From assembly GCA_964414675.1 (NCBI GenBank), contig CAYPYF010000002.1:5532-69531 (forward strand): 64,000 nucleotides of DNA. The letters run 5' to 3'. The stretch is from an uncultured Dehalococcoidaceae bacterium (GTDB taxonomy: Bacteria; Chloroflexota; Dehalococcoidia; UBA2979). Shown here piece after piece: positions 54,371 to 63,692 of the stretch (the stretch's first letter is position 1; every line of letters begins with the position of its first letter). Made by a program: the position numbers and the translations under genes. A model generated the notes under the pieces. That model saw nothing but the letters and a program-made list of their open reading frames with translations, did not search any database and was not told where the DNA came from.

Positions 54371-54383
54371 GGCCGGAGTCTCC

Positions 54384-55691
54384 CTACCGTTGCAGCACGA
54401 CGCCCGAGGCCTGGAGCGCCTCGATCTCGGCGTCGGAGAGGCCGCCCCTGCGGAGTGTCTCCGCGGTGTGCTCGCCGAGGGCGGGCGCCGGCCCCGAGGC
54501 GCGCGTGGGTGTGAGGGACATGTTCGTCATCGGCCCGACTACGCGCTGCGGGCCGGTGACCGGGTGCTCGAAGTCCACCATCACGCCCAGGGCGTTCACG
54601 TGCTCGTCGTCGGAGAGCTCCTCCGGGATCTGGACCGGGGCGATCGGGACGCCCTCGGCGCCGAACGCCTCGATCCAGTGGGCTACGGGCTTCGCGCGCA
54701 TGATCGCCTGGACCTCGCGCTTCCATGCCTTCACCTTCGCGATGTTCTCCGGGTCCCACGGGTCGAACCCGGCGTCGTCGGTCTGGTCGTGGGTCATGCC
54801 CAGGACGCGGCGCGCTCCGTTCCTCGTTGCCTTCGTGAGGCACCCGAGGACGATCTGGCCGTCCGCGCAGTTGTAGCCGTTGTAGTAAAGCCGAGGCGGC
54901 CCCGCCCCGGCCCAGCGGTACTCGCGGCGGATGCGCAGGACTTCCTCGTACGTCGCGCCGGCCGCACGCGCCGCGTTCACTTTCGCCACCATCGGGTCGC
55001 GGAGCACGGAGTCCGTGACCGGCTGCCGCATCACGTAGAAGTCCTGGATCGCGAGCGCGCTCCGCAGGAGGGCGCCGTCGATGCGCTGGCCCTTCCCGGT
55101 CTGCTGGCGGTGGTACAGCGCCGCGTTGATCGAGGCCGCGCACGCGAGGCCCGTGACGTAGTCCGAGACCGCCGGCGTCAGCTGCGTCGGCTCGCCGTCC
55201 TCGGTCAGCTTGTCGTCGCCCGCTACCAGCCCGGAGTACGCGGACGCCACGAGGTCGGTCGCGCCCTTCGAGGCCCACGGCCCGGTCTCGCCGAAGCCGG
55301 TGATGCTGCAGTAGATCAGCCCGGGGTGGATGGCGGAGAGCTCCTCGTACCCGAGCCCGATGCGCTCCGGCACGCCCGGGCGGTAGTTGATCACGATCAC
55401 GTCGAACGACGAGATGATGCGGTGGACCGCCTCGCGGCCCTCGGGCTTCGAGAGGTCGATCGCGAGCGACTTCTGCCCGCGGTTGAGCGACTGGAAGCGC
55501 TTCCCCTCGAGGGGGACAACAGCACCGGAGTTGCGGTACCCCTCGCCCTCCGTCGGCTCGAGCTTCACCACCTCGGCGCCCAGGTCGGACAACACGACGC
55601 CCGTGAACGGGCCGGCGACGATCTGCGTGCAGGCGAGTACGCGGATGCCGTCTAGCGCGCCTTTCGCGTTCGGGTCGGTACTCTCTGCCAT
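54384..55691 (-). CDS. family III CoA-transferase (CaiB/BaiF)
   Basis: ATG at 55689-55691. LDGIRVLACTQIVAGPFTGVVLSDLGAEVVKLE. The upstream 50 codons of the ORF run through repeat copy E. Confidence 0.85.
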   Translation of the reverse strand: MAESTDPNAKGALDGIRVLACTQIVAGPFTGVVLSDLGAEVVKLEPTEGEGYRNSGAVVPLEGKRFQSLNRGQKSLAIDLSKPEGREAVHRIISSFDVIVINYRPGVPERIGLGYEELSAIHPGLIYCSITGFGETGPWASKGATDLVASAYSGLVAGDDKLTEDGEPTQLTPAVSDYVTGLACAASINAALYHRQQTGKGQRIDGALLRSALAIQDFYVMRQPVTDSVLRDPMVAKVNAARAAGATYEEVLRIRREYRWAGAGPPRLYYNGYNCADGQIVLGCLTKATRNGARRVLGMTHDQTDDAGFDPWDPENIAKVKAWKREVQAIMRAKPVAHWIEAFGAEGVPIAPVQIPEELSDDEHVNALGVMVDFEHPVTGPQRVVGPMTNMSLTPTRASGPAPALGEHTAETLRRGGLSDAEIEALQASGVVLQR

Positions 55692-55820
55692 TCGCCCCAG
55701 CCTCCCAGCCGCATTCTGGCGCATCTTCGGCCTGCGCGAGGCTAGCAGGCCGTGCGGCGGGTGGGGTGGCGGTGCACCCGCCAGTCGAGCCCCCCATCTC
55801 CCCACGTGGAGAGAAATCAG

Positions 55821-55864
55821 TCCGGCCCCCTCTCCCCACACGGGGAGAGGGCTGGGGTGAGGGC
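55821..55864 (+). repeat. dispersed hairpin+G-tract repeat, copy E (TCTCCCCACAC subtype)
   Basis: TCCGGCCCCCTCTCCCCACACGGGGAGAGGGCTGGGGTGAGGGC. It differs from copy A at 2 of 44 positions. Confidence 0.85.
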
Positions 55865-55913
55865 TCCGACCTACGAGGCGCGCAGCAGCTCAGCCGGCGT
55901 CGAGGGGAGGGGG

Positions 55914-56540
55914 TCAGAAGTGGTGGGAGGGGATGCTCTCGCGGGGTGGTGGGACTGAGGGCGTCCCGGGGGCTCGCACTTCGACAGGCTCAGTGTGAGC
56001 GGGTGGTGGCGTACTGCCCGTGGTGGGCGAGTTGTCAGGGGCGGTCGTCGGGCACAACGCCCGCCCGAGGGTTGCGACATAACGCAGGAGGTCGCGGCTC
56101 GTGAGGATCCCCACGAGGTGGTCCGCCTCGTTCACCACCGGCAGCGCCGAGACGCCCGCATCGAGCATCTGCTGCGCGGCGTCCTCCACAGCAGTCGACT
56201 CCTCGACGGTCACGAGGTGGTACGTCGCGACCTGGAAGACGGGATGCCGGCGGTAGCGGGAGGCATCATCGCGCGAGGTCGGGCCGACGCCCATCGCGCG
56301 GATCAGGTTGCGGTCCGAGACCAGCGCGACGACGAGCCCGCGGTCGGTGAGGAGCAGGTGGTGGACGTCCGCCTCCCGCATCCGCCCGATCGCCTGCTCC
56401 AGGCTCACCCCCACGTCCAGCGTGATCAGCGAGGACGACATCACCGAGGCGACGGTGCCCGGCATCGGCACCGGCGAGGGCACGCCGACCGTCCATCCGT
56501 GCGCGCGGCCTGTGGTCTGGGCGTCAGTCACCTCGATCAC
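55914..56540 (-). CDS. CBS-pair domain protein with Pro/Thr-rich tail
   Basis: Two CBS motifs (VMSSSLITLDVGVSLEQAIGRMREADVHHLLL; ...MLDAGVSALPVVNEADHLVGILTSRDLL). The start is uncertain. Confidence 0.75.
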   Translation of the reverse strand: MIEVTDAQTTGRAHGWTVGVPSPVPMPGTVASVMSSSLITLDVGVSLEQAIGRMREADVHHLLLTDRGLVVALVSDRNLIRAMGVGPTSRDDASRYRRHPVFQVATYHLVTVEESTAVEDAAQQMLDAGVSALPVVNEADHLVGILTSRDLLRYVATLGRALCPTTAPDNSPTTGSTPPPAHTEPVEVRAPGTPSVPPPRESIPSHHF

Positions 56541-56593
56541 CTCTTCCGGTGATCATCGGCATGGGAGCTGGGTGGTCGTACTGGGGTGGACGC

Positions 56594-57229
56594 CTACGAC
56601 GCGGACGCGGCGTCCACGCTGGCTGCACTGTCCGGAGCAGGCGGCGGGGGTGTGGGCGCCTCGGCTGCCACGTCTGCACCGGGGCGGAAGTAGTGCTCGC
56701 GGTACCAGCGGAGTTCCGTGACGCTCTCGATGATGTCGTCCAGCGCCTGGTGCGCCTGCTTCTTCTCGAGCGCCCGCGGCCCCACGGGATACCACCGCTT
56801 CGCCAGCTCCTTGATCGTGGAGACGTCCACGTTCCGGTAATGGAGGTAGGCGTCCAGCTTCGGCATCTCGCGACGCAGGAAGCGGCGGTCCTGTGCGATG
56901 GAGTTCCCGGCGAGGGGTGACATCCCCTTCGTGACCCACTTCCGCACGAACGCGAGTGTCTCCCGCTCGGCTTCCTCGATGTCGACGCCCTCGTTCTTGA
57001 TGCGGTCGACGAGGCCGGACTTCGTGTGGGTCGCGACGTTCCAGGCGTCCATCAGTGACAGGTCGGCGTCCGTGCGCTTGATCGCGAGGTTAGGCCCCTC
57101 CGCGAGGACGTTGAGGTCGCCGTCCGTGACCAGCGAGGCGATCTCGATGATCACGTGCTTCGAGGGCTCGAGCCCGGTCATCTCCAGGTCGATCCACACG
57201 AGGCGAGCCGGATCCTTGCGTCGCGCCAT
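56594..57229 (-). CDS. orn: oligoribonuclease
   Basis: LVWIDLEMTGLEP...GNSIAQDRRFL...HQALDDIIESVTELRWYR (DEDDh exonuclease). Confidence 0.9.
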   Translation of the reverse strand: MARRKDPARLVWIDLEMTGLEPSKHVIIEIASLVTDGDLNVLAEGPNLAIKRTDADLSLMDAWNVATHTKSGLVDRIKNEGVDIEEAERETLAFVRKWVTKGMSPLAGNSIAQDRRFLRREMPKLDAYLHYRNVDVSTIKELAKRWYPVGPRALEKKQAHQALDDIIESVTELRWYREHYFRPGADVAAEAPTPPPPAPDSAASVDAASAS

Positions 57230-57358
57230 GGGGGGAGCCTACCCGCGTTTGTGTCTACGCGGCGAACCGGGGAAGGTCGATCCGAGCCCCGCCGCTCGAT
57301 GAATAGCGCTCGGCCACCCTCCTCGGGAGCGGCCGAGCGGGATGCTAGGGTGGAAATC

Positions 57359-57973
57359 ATGACGAACCGCTGGGTGCCATTGCCGGACGGCCGGCGCTGG
57401 TCGCGCATCGTGTCGCGCTCGGCGCTGTTCGGCCTTGCGATCGGGGTGCTGTCCGTGGCCGTCGCCTGCGGCTCAGACGGCGAGGGGACGAGTACCCCGA
57501 CTGCCAGCCCGACGAGTACAGAAGTTGCCGCCGCCACCTCCGATGCGGCGGCGACAGGAGAGGAGGGCCGTGTGGCCCAGGTTGGAGACACGGTCCAGGT
57601 CCACTATCGCGGGACGCTGGACGACGGCTCGGAGTTCGACTCCTCGGCCGGACGCGACCCACTGACGTTCACCGTGGGCTCCGGCCAGGTGATCCCCGGC
57701 TTCGACAACGCCGTCGTGGGGCTCGCCGTCGGCGACAAGGTGGAGGTGCGCCTCGACGCCGACGACGCCTACGGCGAGCGCACCGAGGAGCGCGTCATCA
57801 CCGTCCCGAAGGACCAGGCCCCCGAGGGCCTTGAGGTGGGCCAGCAGGTGATGCTCGGCCAGGCCCCGGCAACCGTGGTCGAGATCACGGACGAGTCGGT
57901 CGTCGTGGACGCGAACCACCCGCTCGCCGGTCAGGCGCTCACGTTCGAGATCGAGCTCGTCAGCATTTCGTAG
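57359..57973 (+). CDS. FKBP-type peptidyl-prolyl cis-trans isomerase, probable lipoprotein
   Basis: Lipobox-like SVAVAC, then GDTVQVHYRGTLDDGSEFDSS...FTVGSGQVIPGFDNAVVGL and a SlyD-like insert. Confidence 0.85.
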   Translation: MTNRWVPLPDGRRWSRIVSRSALFGLAIGVLSVAVACGSDGEGTSTPTASPTSTEVAAATSDAAATGEEGRVAQVGDTVQVHYRGTLDDGSEFDSSAGRDPLTFTVGSGQVIPGFDNAVVGLAVGDKVEVRLDADDAYGERTEERVITVPKDQAPEGLEVGQQVMLGQAPATVVEITDESVVVDANHPLAGQALTFEIELVSIS

Positions 57974-57996
57974 GACCAGCCGGCGCTCGATGACCA

Positions 57997-58020
57997 GAAG
58001 GCCCGCGTCAGCGGGCCTTC
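57997..58020. terminator. bidirectional hairpin between convergent FKBP and DUF2795 genes
   Basis: GAAGGCCCGC-GTCA-GCGGGCCTTC, a 10-bp perfect stem. Confidence 0.55.
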
Positions 58021-58043
58021 GTCGTGTGCATCGGAATGCTGGC

Positions 58044-58289
58044 CTAGATCGGCAGGTCGTCGTCGGCGATGCCGCGGAGGCGGTAGACCTGTCGGACGGC
58101 GTCCTTGACCTCGTCCACGCTGCTGTAACGGCGGTCCGGGAGCTGCTTGAGGATCACGGCGACCTCACGGTCGACGCCGCCCTTGTCGCGTCCCATGTTC
58201 AGGATCGCGGCGCGCGAGATGGGGTAGTGGAATCCCTTGAACGCCAGTTCGTAGTCGGCCTTGGTGGCGTGTGGCTTGAGAGCGGCCAT
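58044..58289 (-). CDS. DUF2795-like small protein
   Basis: LKGFHYPISRAAIL-type motif (AFKGFHYPISRAAILNMGRDKG). The family name is from memory. Confidence 0.7.
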   Translation of the reverse strand: MAALKPHATKADYELAFKGFHYPISRAAILNMGRDKGGVDREVAVILKQLPDRRYSSVDEVKDAVRQVYRLRGIADDDLPI

Positions 58290-58346
58290 GCGGGCATCCC
58301 CTTTCGCGTCCGCCGCATCCTACCGGGAACGATCGATACGCGCGCG

Positions 58347-58577
58347 TCAGTTCCGAGGCGCCTGGAGGGAGCCGGGCAGCCCCTCCACCGGCGGGGCGTC
58401 CATCGTCTGGACGATCTGGAAGCGCGCATACGCCTGGTCGACGGTCTCGCGCGCGCGGGCGCGCCAGGCCTCGTACGCCTCCACGTAGCTCTCGAACGGG
58501 CCGGTCACAGGCGCCGGCTTGATCAGCTCCCGAAAGGTCGTGTCACGGTACTCACCACCGACGACGTAATACGCCAC
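58347..58577 (-). CDS. small conserved hypothetical (DUF4170-like)
   Basis: MAYYVVGGEYRDTTFRELI...GPFESYVEAYEAWRARARETVDQAYARFQIV. Confidence 0.6.
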   Translation of the reverse strand: MAYYVVGGEYRDTTFRELIKPAPVTGPFESYVEAYEAWRARARETVDQAYARFQIVQTMDAPPVEGLPGSLQAPRN

Positions 58578-58763
58578 GAACTCACCATCCCCAGGCTCCG
58601 GCGCGGGTCATCCTTGACCGGGCACGCGTCCATGTGTCCATCATCGGACGGCCACCACGACCCTACAGGCCGAGGATGAACGTCGAATGTCAGTGTCCCG
58701 GAATTCCGCGTTGGGGAATATCACCCCGCCCACAGGTCAGCAGCCCCCACACCCGGTGTCCGC

Positions 58764-59273
58764 ATGACCGGCGCCATCGAGGTCGTACGCGGGGACATTA
58801 CCCGGCAGCAGGTCGACGCCATCGTCAACGCCGCGAACCCCTCGCTCCTCGGCGGTGGGGGCGTGGACGGTGCGATCCACCGCGCGGCCGGCCCGGACCT
58901 GCTCCGCGAGTGCCGGTTCCTCGGTGGCTGCGCGCCGGGCGAGGCGAAGCATACGCAGGGATATCTGCTCTCGGCGCGCTGGGTGATCCACACCGTCGGG
59001 CCGGTCTGGCATGGTGGGCGACGAGGCGAGGAGGAGACGCTGCGCGACTGCTACCGGCACTCGCTGCTCCTCGCGGAGGAGCTGGGCGCCACCAGCGTCG
59101 CGTTCCCCTCGATCTCGACCGGCCTCTACGGCTATCCGATCGGGCGCGCGGTCCCCGTGGCCGTGCAGGAGGTGCGACGTCACCTGGAGCAGGCGCCCCT
59201 GCCGGAGCGCGTCGTGTTCGTCGCCTTCGACGACGCCACGTACGAGGCGTACCGGAGCGCCCTCGGCGGCTGA
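58764..59273 (+). CDS. macro domain protein (O-acetyl-ADP-ribose deacetylase, YmdB-like)
   Basis: [34 protein letters not shown]...[13 protein letters not shown]. Confidence 0.9.
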   Translation: MTGAIEVVRGDITRQQVDAIVNAANPSLLGGGGVDGAIHRAAGPDLLRECRFLGGCAPGEAKHTQGYLLSARWVIHTVGPVWHGGRRGEEETLRDCYRHSLLLAEELGATSVAFPSISTGLYGYPIGRAVPVAVQEVRRHLEQAPLPERVVFVAFDDATYEAYRSALGG

Positions 59274-59413
59274 GTCGAGCCGCGTGCATCCGTGCGCTCG
59301 TCCGGAGCGTTACCCTATTGCAACGTTGGTCTCCCCCGGCCGGGTGTGTCCGGGATGGTCGCGCGTCGGGAGACATGACGCACGACATAACGAGACAGCG
59401 TGGAGGGGATCCC

Positions 59414-59956
59414 ATGCCGGTCTACGAGTACTACTGCGAGCCCTGCAACGGCGTGTTTGAGCTGCTGCGCCCCGCGCGTGAGTCCTCCAAGGCGCAGCCG
59501 TGCCCGGAGTGCGATGACGACGCGAAGCGAATCATCTCGAAGGAGTGGTCCGCCTTCATCTACCGCGAGGGTTCGCCGCGCCGACTGCCGGACACCGGCG
59601 GCTACTGGCACCTCGGGAAGCGCGTGTCGCAGCCGCTGACCGGGAGTATCAACGGCAGCGCCATCCGCCACCCCGAGCTCGAGGAGCGGAAGCCCCCCGT
59701 GGCGCCGACGCGCGAGGAGATCGAGGCGGCCGAGTTCCGACGCGACACGAAGCGGCGCGCCTTCTCTCGTCGCGAGCCCGTCGTCGTGAACGCGGAGGAG
59801 GAGCAGCGCGAGCAGAAGCTCCGCATGCGGATGGACGTCGCCCGCACCAACCCGCGCAACCAGCGCGTGACCGAGCGATTCCGCGCCCGCGAGTTCGAAG
59901 AGGCTCGCAAGGACCGCCACAAGATGGAGAAGGGCGAGGACGTCCGCAAGAAGTAG
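59414..59956 (+). CDS. FmdB-family zinc-ribbon protein with long charged C-terminal extension
   Basis: GGAGGGG lies 5 nt before the ATG. MPVYEYYCEPCNGVFELL...CPECDD gives CxxC...CxxC, followed by a 130-aa Arg/Glu-rich tail. Confidence 0.75.
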   Translation: MPVYEYYCEPCNGVFELLRPARESSKAQPCPECDDDAKRIISKEWSAFIYREGSPRRLPDTGGYWHLGKRVSQPLTGSINGSAIRHPELEERKPPVAPTREEIEAAEFRRDTKRRAFSRREPVVVNAEEEQREQKLRMRMDVARTNPRNQRVTERFRAREFEEARKDRHKMEKGEDVRKK

Positions 59957-60128
59957 GACGCGTTCCGCCTCGGCAGAAGATCAACAGGCCCGGCCTTCCG
60001 GCGAGACGGATGGTGCGGGCCTGCGGTGTATATTCTCCAGCGCCACATCACCACATCATGGTCGTCGGCCACACCCAGCGGGCTTGCCCGGGGAGTCGGA
60101 CGCGCCGCCTAGCGAACAGGAGCACCCC

Positions 60129-61070
60129 GTGGAATACCGCAAGCTCGGCAACTCCGGCCTGGAAGTGTCCATCGTCGGCCTCGGCACCAACAACTTCGGC
60201 CAGCGCATGAAGGACCCGCAGGACGCCGCTGCCGTCGTGAACGAGTGCCTGGAGCAGGGCATCAACCTCTTCGACACCGCCGATGTCTACGGCGGCCGTG
60301 GTCCGTCCGAGGAGTTCCTCGGCAAGGCGCTGAAGGGGCACCGCAAGGACGCCGTCATCGCGACGAAGTTCGCCAGCCCCATGGGTGAGGGGCCGATGAC
60401 CTCGGGCGGTTCGCGTCGCTGGATCATGCAGGCCGTGGAGGACTCCCTCCGCCGCCTCGAGACCGACTACATCGACCTCTACCAGGTCCACCGCCCGGAC
60501 GAGAACACGCCCGAAGAGGAGACCCTCCGTGCGCTGGACGACCTCGTGTCGTCCGGGAAGGTGCGGTACCTCGGTAACTCGAACTACAGCGGCTGGCAGA
60601 TCGCCAACAGCCACTGGATCGCGGAGACGAAGGGGTACGCGCCCTTCATCGCCGCGCAGAACGAGTACTCCCTGCTGAACCGCCGCATCGAGGCAGAAGT
60701 CGTCCCGGCTGCGGAGAAGTTCGGGCTGGGCATCCTGCCGTTCTTCCCGCTCGCCAGCGGCCTCCTCACCGGCAAGTACCAGCGCAACGCCGACGCGCCC
60801 GAGGGCGCCCGCCTCGCCTCCGGCCCCATGGCCGACCGCATGCTCACCGACCGCAACTTCGACACCGTCGAGGCCCTCGACGAGTTCGCCACGCAGCGCG
60901 GCCACACGCTCCTCGAGCTGGCGTTCTCATGGCTTGCCACGCAGAAGTTCGTCGGCTCGGTCATCGCCGGCGCCACGCGTCCGGAGCAGGTGAAGGCGAA
61001 CGCCGCCGCCGCCGCCTGGCGCCTCACCCCCGAGGAGATGGCCGAGGTCGACCAGATCACGAAGCGCTAG
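60129..61070 (+). CDS. aldo/keto reductase
   Basis: GTG at 60129 after AGGAG. YRKLGNSGLEVSIVGLGTNNFG...FDTADVYG...YLGNSNYSGWQ. Confidence 0.9.
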   Translation: MEYRKLGNSGLEVSIVGLGTNNFGQRMKDPQDAAAVVNECLEQGINLFDTADVYGGRGPSEEFLGKALKGHRKDAVIATKFASPMGEGPMTSGGSRRWIMQAVEDSLRRLETDYIDLYQVHRPDENTPEEETLRALDDLVSSGKVRYLGNSNYSGWQIANSHWIAETKGYAPFIAAQNEYSLLNRRIEAEVVPAAEKFGLGILPFFPLASGLLTGKYQRNADAPEGARLASGPMADRMLTDRNFDTVEALDEFATQRGHTLLELAFSWLATQKFVGSVIAGATRPEQVKANAAAAAWRLTPEEMAEVDQITKR

Positions 61071-61080
61071 CCGCTCCGCC

Positions 61081-61131
61081 GGACCGAGATCGAAACGGGG
61101 CGCCTCTGGCGCCCCGTTTCGATCTCGGTCC
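61081..61131 (+). terminator. 24-bp perfect inverted repeat (hairpin) after the aldo/keto reductase gene
   Basis: GGACCGAGATCGAAACGGGGCGCC-TCT-GGCGCCCCGTTTCGATCTCGGTCC, 10 nt after the stop at 61070. No T-tract. Confidence 0.6.
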
Positions 61132-61164
61132 CTCCCCCCGCGAGGGGGAGGGTTGGGGTGGGGG
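61125..61164 (+). repeat. dispersed hairpin+G-tract repeat, copy F
   Basis: TCGGTCCCTCCCCCCGCGAGGGGGAGGGTTGGGGTGGGGG. Its 5' end is shared with the long hairpin at 61081-61131. Confidence 0.8.
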
Positions 61165-61226
61165 ACGGCCCATCGGGCCGCGATTCGCGACCGTCGCGCC
61201 TCGCCCATCCGCCCGCATTCGCCCCG

Positions 61227-61736
61227 TCAGTCCTCGACAGGCGTCAGCGCCCCCGTGTCCACGTCGTACGTGAACCCGTACACCGCGTAGCCCGCCGGCA
61301 GCAGCGGGTTCCCCCGCAGCGCACGGACATCCTCGCGCACGCTCTCCTCGATGTCTGAGAACGGCAGGAAGTCGATCCCGGAGGCGTCCGCGCCCGTGGC
61401 GTCCGCGACCTGCCCGCGGAGCCCCTCGTTCGTCGCACCGTAGAGGCCACACTTGGTGTGGTGGATCACGACGCACCCGCGGGTCCCCAGCGCATGCGCC
61501 GAGAGCACCAGGGAGCGGATGGCGTCGTCGGTGACGCGTCCGCCGGCATTGCGGATGACGTGGGCGCTCCCCTGGTCCATGCCCAGCGGTGGCTGCGCCG
61601 CATACCGCGAGTCCATGCACGTGAGGACGGCGAGATGGCGCTTCGGGTGGACATCGAGTCCGCCCCAGGCGAACGAGGATCGCCAGCGCTCGTTACCGGC
61701 GATCAGCTCGTCTCGCGTTGGTACGTCGTCCGCCAT
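61227..61736 (-). CDS. beta-class carbonic anhydrase
   Basis: LTCMDSR...VIHHTKCG are the Zn ligands C, H, C with a D-R dyad. ATG at 61734-61736. Confidence 0.85.
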   Translation of the reverse strand: MADDVPTRDELIAGNERWRSSFAWGGLDVHPKRHLAVLTCMDSRYAAQPPLGMDQGSAHVIRNAGGRVTDDAIRSLVLSAHALGTRGCVVIHHTKCGLYGATNEGLRGQVADATGADASGIDFLPFSDIEESVREDVRALRGNPLLPAGYAVYGFTYDVDTGALTPVED

Positions 61737-61810
61737 GCGTGCTCCATCCTCGTGACTGCGCTCGCCATGGTGACAGAGGTGTGCCGTTGGAGTCGAGCCC
61801 GCGCCGCGCC

Positions 61811-63439
61811 TCACACTACCTCCTCCGGCGCCCGTTCCACGACCCGACCGTCCTCCACGGACCACACCGTCGAGGCGAGCGACGCGATCAGGTAGCGGTC
61901 GTGCGTCACGGCCAGCAGTGCGCCCTCGAACCCGTCGAGGGCGGCTTCTACCGCCTCGCGCGACTCCAGGTCCAGGTGGTTCGTCGGCTCGTCCAGAAGC
62001 AGGACGTTCGCGCCCTTCAGCATCAGCAGCGAGAGCGCCAGTCGCCGCCGCTCGCCGTAGGACAACTGGCGGAGCGGCGTCGCCGCCTGCTCGTGCCCCA
62101 GCAGCACGCGATGCACGAAGTTCGAGGCGTCGGCCGTCGAAACGCCTGCCTCGCGCCGCACCGCCTCGACGGGCGTCGCATCGAGCAGGTGCTCGAGGGC
62201 GTCCTCCTGCGCGAGGTACCCGATCCGCGCGCTCCCGGCGACGGACACGGACCCCCTCGTCGGCGCGATGTCTCCGAGGATCGCGCGGAGCAGGGTGGTC
62301 TTCCCACTCCCGTTCGCACCGACGAGGGCGACCCGATCGCCACGTCCGAGGGCGAGGTCGACGCTGCGCAGGATGGGTACCCTACCCGCGACGCCGCCGG
62401 GCGCCAGTTCGACGCCCACCATCTCGACCAGCCGGGAGGCCGACCGCTCAGCGCCCTCGAACGCCACGCCGATGCCGTGCGGACGTTCCGAGGGGCGCTC
62501 GACCCGTTCGGCCGAGATCGCCTCGCGCTCCAGCCGCCGCTTCATCGTGGTCGAGCGGCGGGCGATCTTCTTCGCCTTCTTGCGGATCGCGAAGTTCGTG
62601 GTGCTGTTCTCGATGTACCGGGAGCGCGACTCCAGTTGCGCGAGGTGATCCTTCAGCCGGCGCTCATCGCGCTGCTGCCGCCCGAACGCAGCCCACTGCT
62701 CGGCGCGTCGCCGCTCGCGCTCCTCGATCCACTCGGTGTAGGAGCCGGCGAAGACCTCGGGCGGTTCGTCACCGGCGCCCAGCACAAGGAGCCCGTCCGC
62801 GACCTCGTCGAGCAGGGCGCGGTCGTGCGAGACGATCAGCACGGCGCCTTCGAACGTCGCGAGGCGCTCCTCCAGCCAGCGGATGCCTGCCAGGTCGAGG
62901 TGGTTCGTCGGTTCGTCGAGCAGCAGCACGTCCGCTCCGGAGGTCATCACCTCCGCGAGCGTGAGCTTGGCCTGCTCGCCACCGGAGAGGTGGTCGAGGA
63001 TCGCGCCCGCCTCGACGTAGTCGACGCCGAGCGCCCGGAGCGTGGCCTGCGACTCGTCACCGCGTCCGGCGACGGCCACCAGCGCGTCGTACCGCTGGAG
63101 GAGCTCCGGTGTGTCGTCCCCACCCGCGAGCCGATAGCCGATCGACTGGAGGGCAGCGGCCACCGCCTCCGGGAACAGCGCCGGGAACCGCTCCCCGGCG
63201 GTGGCGCCGGCGGGGGCATCGACCGCCTGCCGGAGATACGCGACCTCAGTGCCGGCGGGTACCTCGACGGTGCCGCCGTCGGGCACGAGGTTGCCCGCGG
63301 CGATCCGCAGCAGCGTGCTCTTGCCGCTGCCGTTCGGCCCGATCACACCGAGGACTTCGCCCCGGTTCACCACGCAGGAGGCGCCACGCAGCACCTGCCG
63401 CGGCCCGTAGGACTTGGAGACATGGTTTAGTTGCAACAT
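61811..63439 (-). CDS. ABC-F family ATPase (two ABC domains, no TM domain)
   Basis: Two Walker A motifs (GPNGSGKST; GANGSGKTT) and two LSGGE/LSYGE signatures. Start taken at the ATG at 63437-63439 (MLQLNHVSKSYG). Confidence 0.85.
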   Translation of the reverse strand: MLQLNHVSKSYGPRQVLRGASCVVNRGEVLGVIGPNGSGKSTLLRIAAGNLVPDGGTVEVPAGTEVAYLRQAVDAPAGATAGERFPALFPEAVAAALQSIGYRLAGGDDTPELLQRYDALVAVAGRGDESQATLRALGVDYVEAGAILDHLSGGEQAKLTLAEVMTSGADVLLLDEPTNHLDLAGIRWLEERLATFEGAVLIVSHDRALLDEVADGLLVLGAGDEPPEVFAGSYTEWIEERERRRAEQWAAFGRQQRDERRLKDHLAQLESRSRYIENSTTNFAIRKKAKKIARRSTTMKRRLEREAISAERVERPSERPHGIGVAFEGAERSASRLVEMVGVELAPGGVAGRVPILRSVDLALGRGDRVALVGANGSGKTTLLRAILGDIAPTRGSVSVAGSARIGYLAQEDALEHLLDATPVEAVRREAGVSTADASNFVHRVLLGHEQAATPLRQLSYGERRRLALSLLMLKGANVLLLDEPTNHLDLESREAVEAALDGFEGALLAVTHDRYLIASLASTVWSVEDGRVVERAPEEVV

Positions 63440-63692
63440 CACTCGCACACGGACGCAGACAGGCTCCCGGGTTCGGGGGCGTCGGCGGGGCGGTCAGTGC
63501 TTGCTGCTGCGTCGAGGAATGCGCGGGGATGACCCGCACCGGGGCACACGACCCTCCGAGGAGTGTCGCGGGGAGCACGGAACGCCCGGTGCTACTTGAT
63601 CAACGGAGGCCACTGCCTTCCCGGGGGCGCATCGAGTGCGCGCCTCGCTACCCATGCTAACGCTCGGTCCGGCGACCGGTTAACGTGCGAGC

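Noticed and set aside
20745-61164. Possibility that the ~40-nt repeats form a CRISPR array
   Set aside because: The copies are kilobases apart (5-26 kb) and are not separated by regular 25-40 nt spacers. There are no cas genes in the window. It is a dispersed repeat, not an array.
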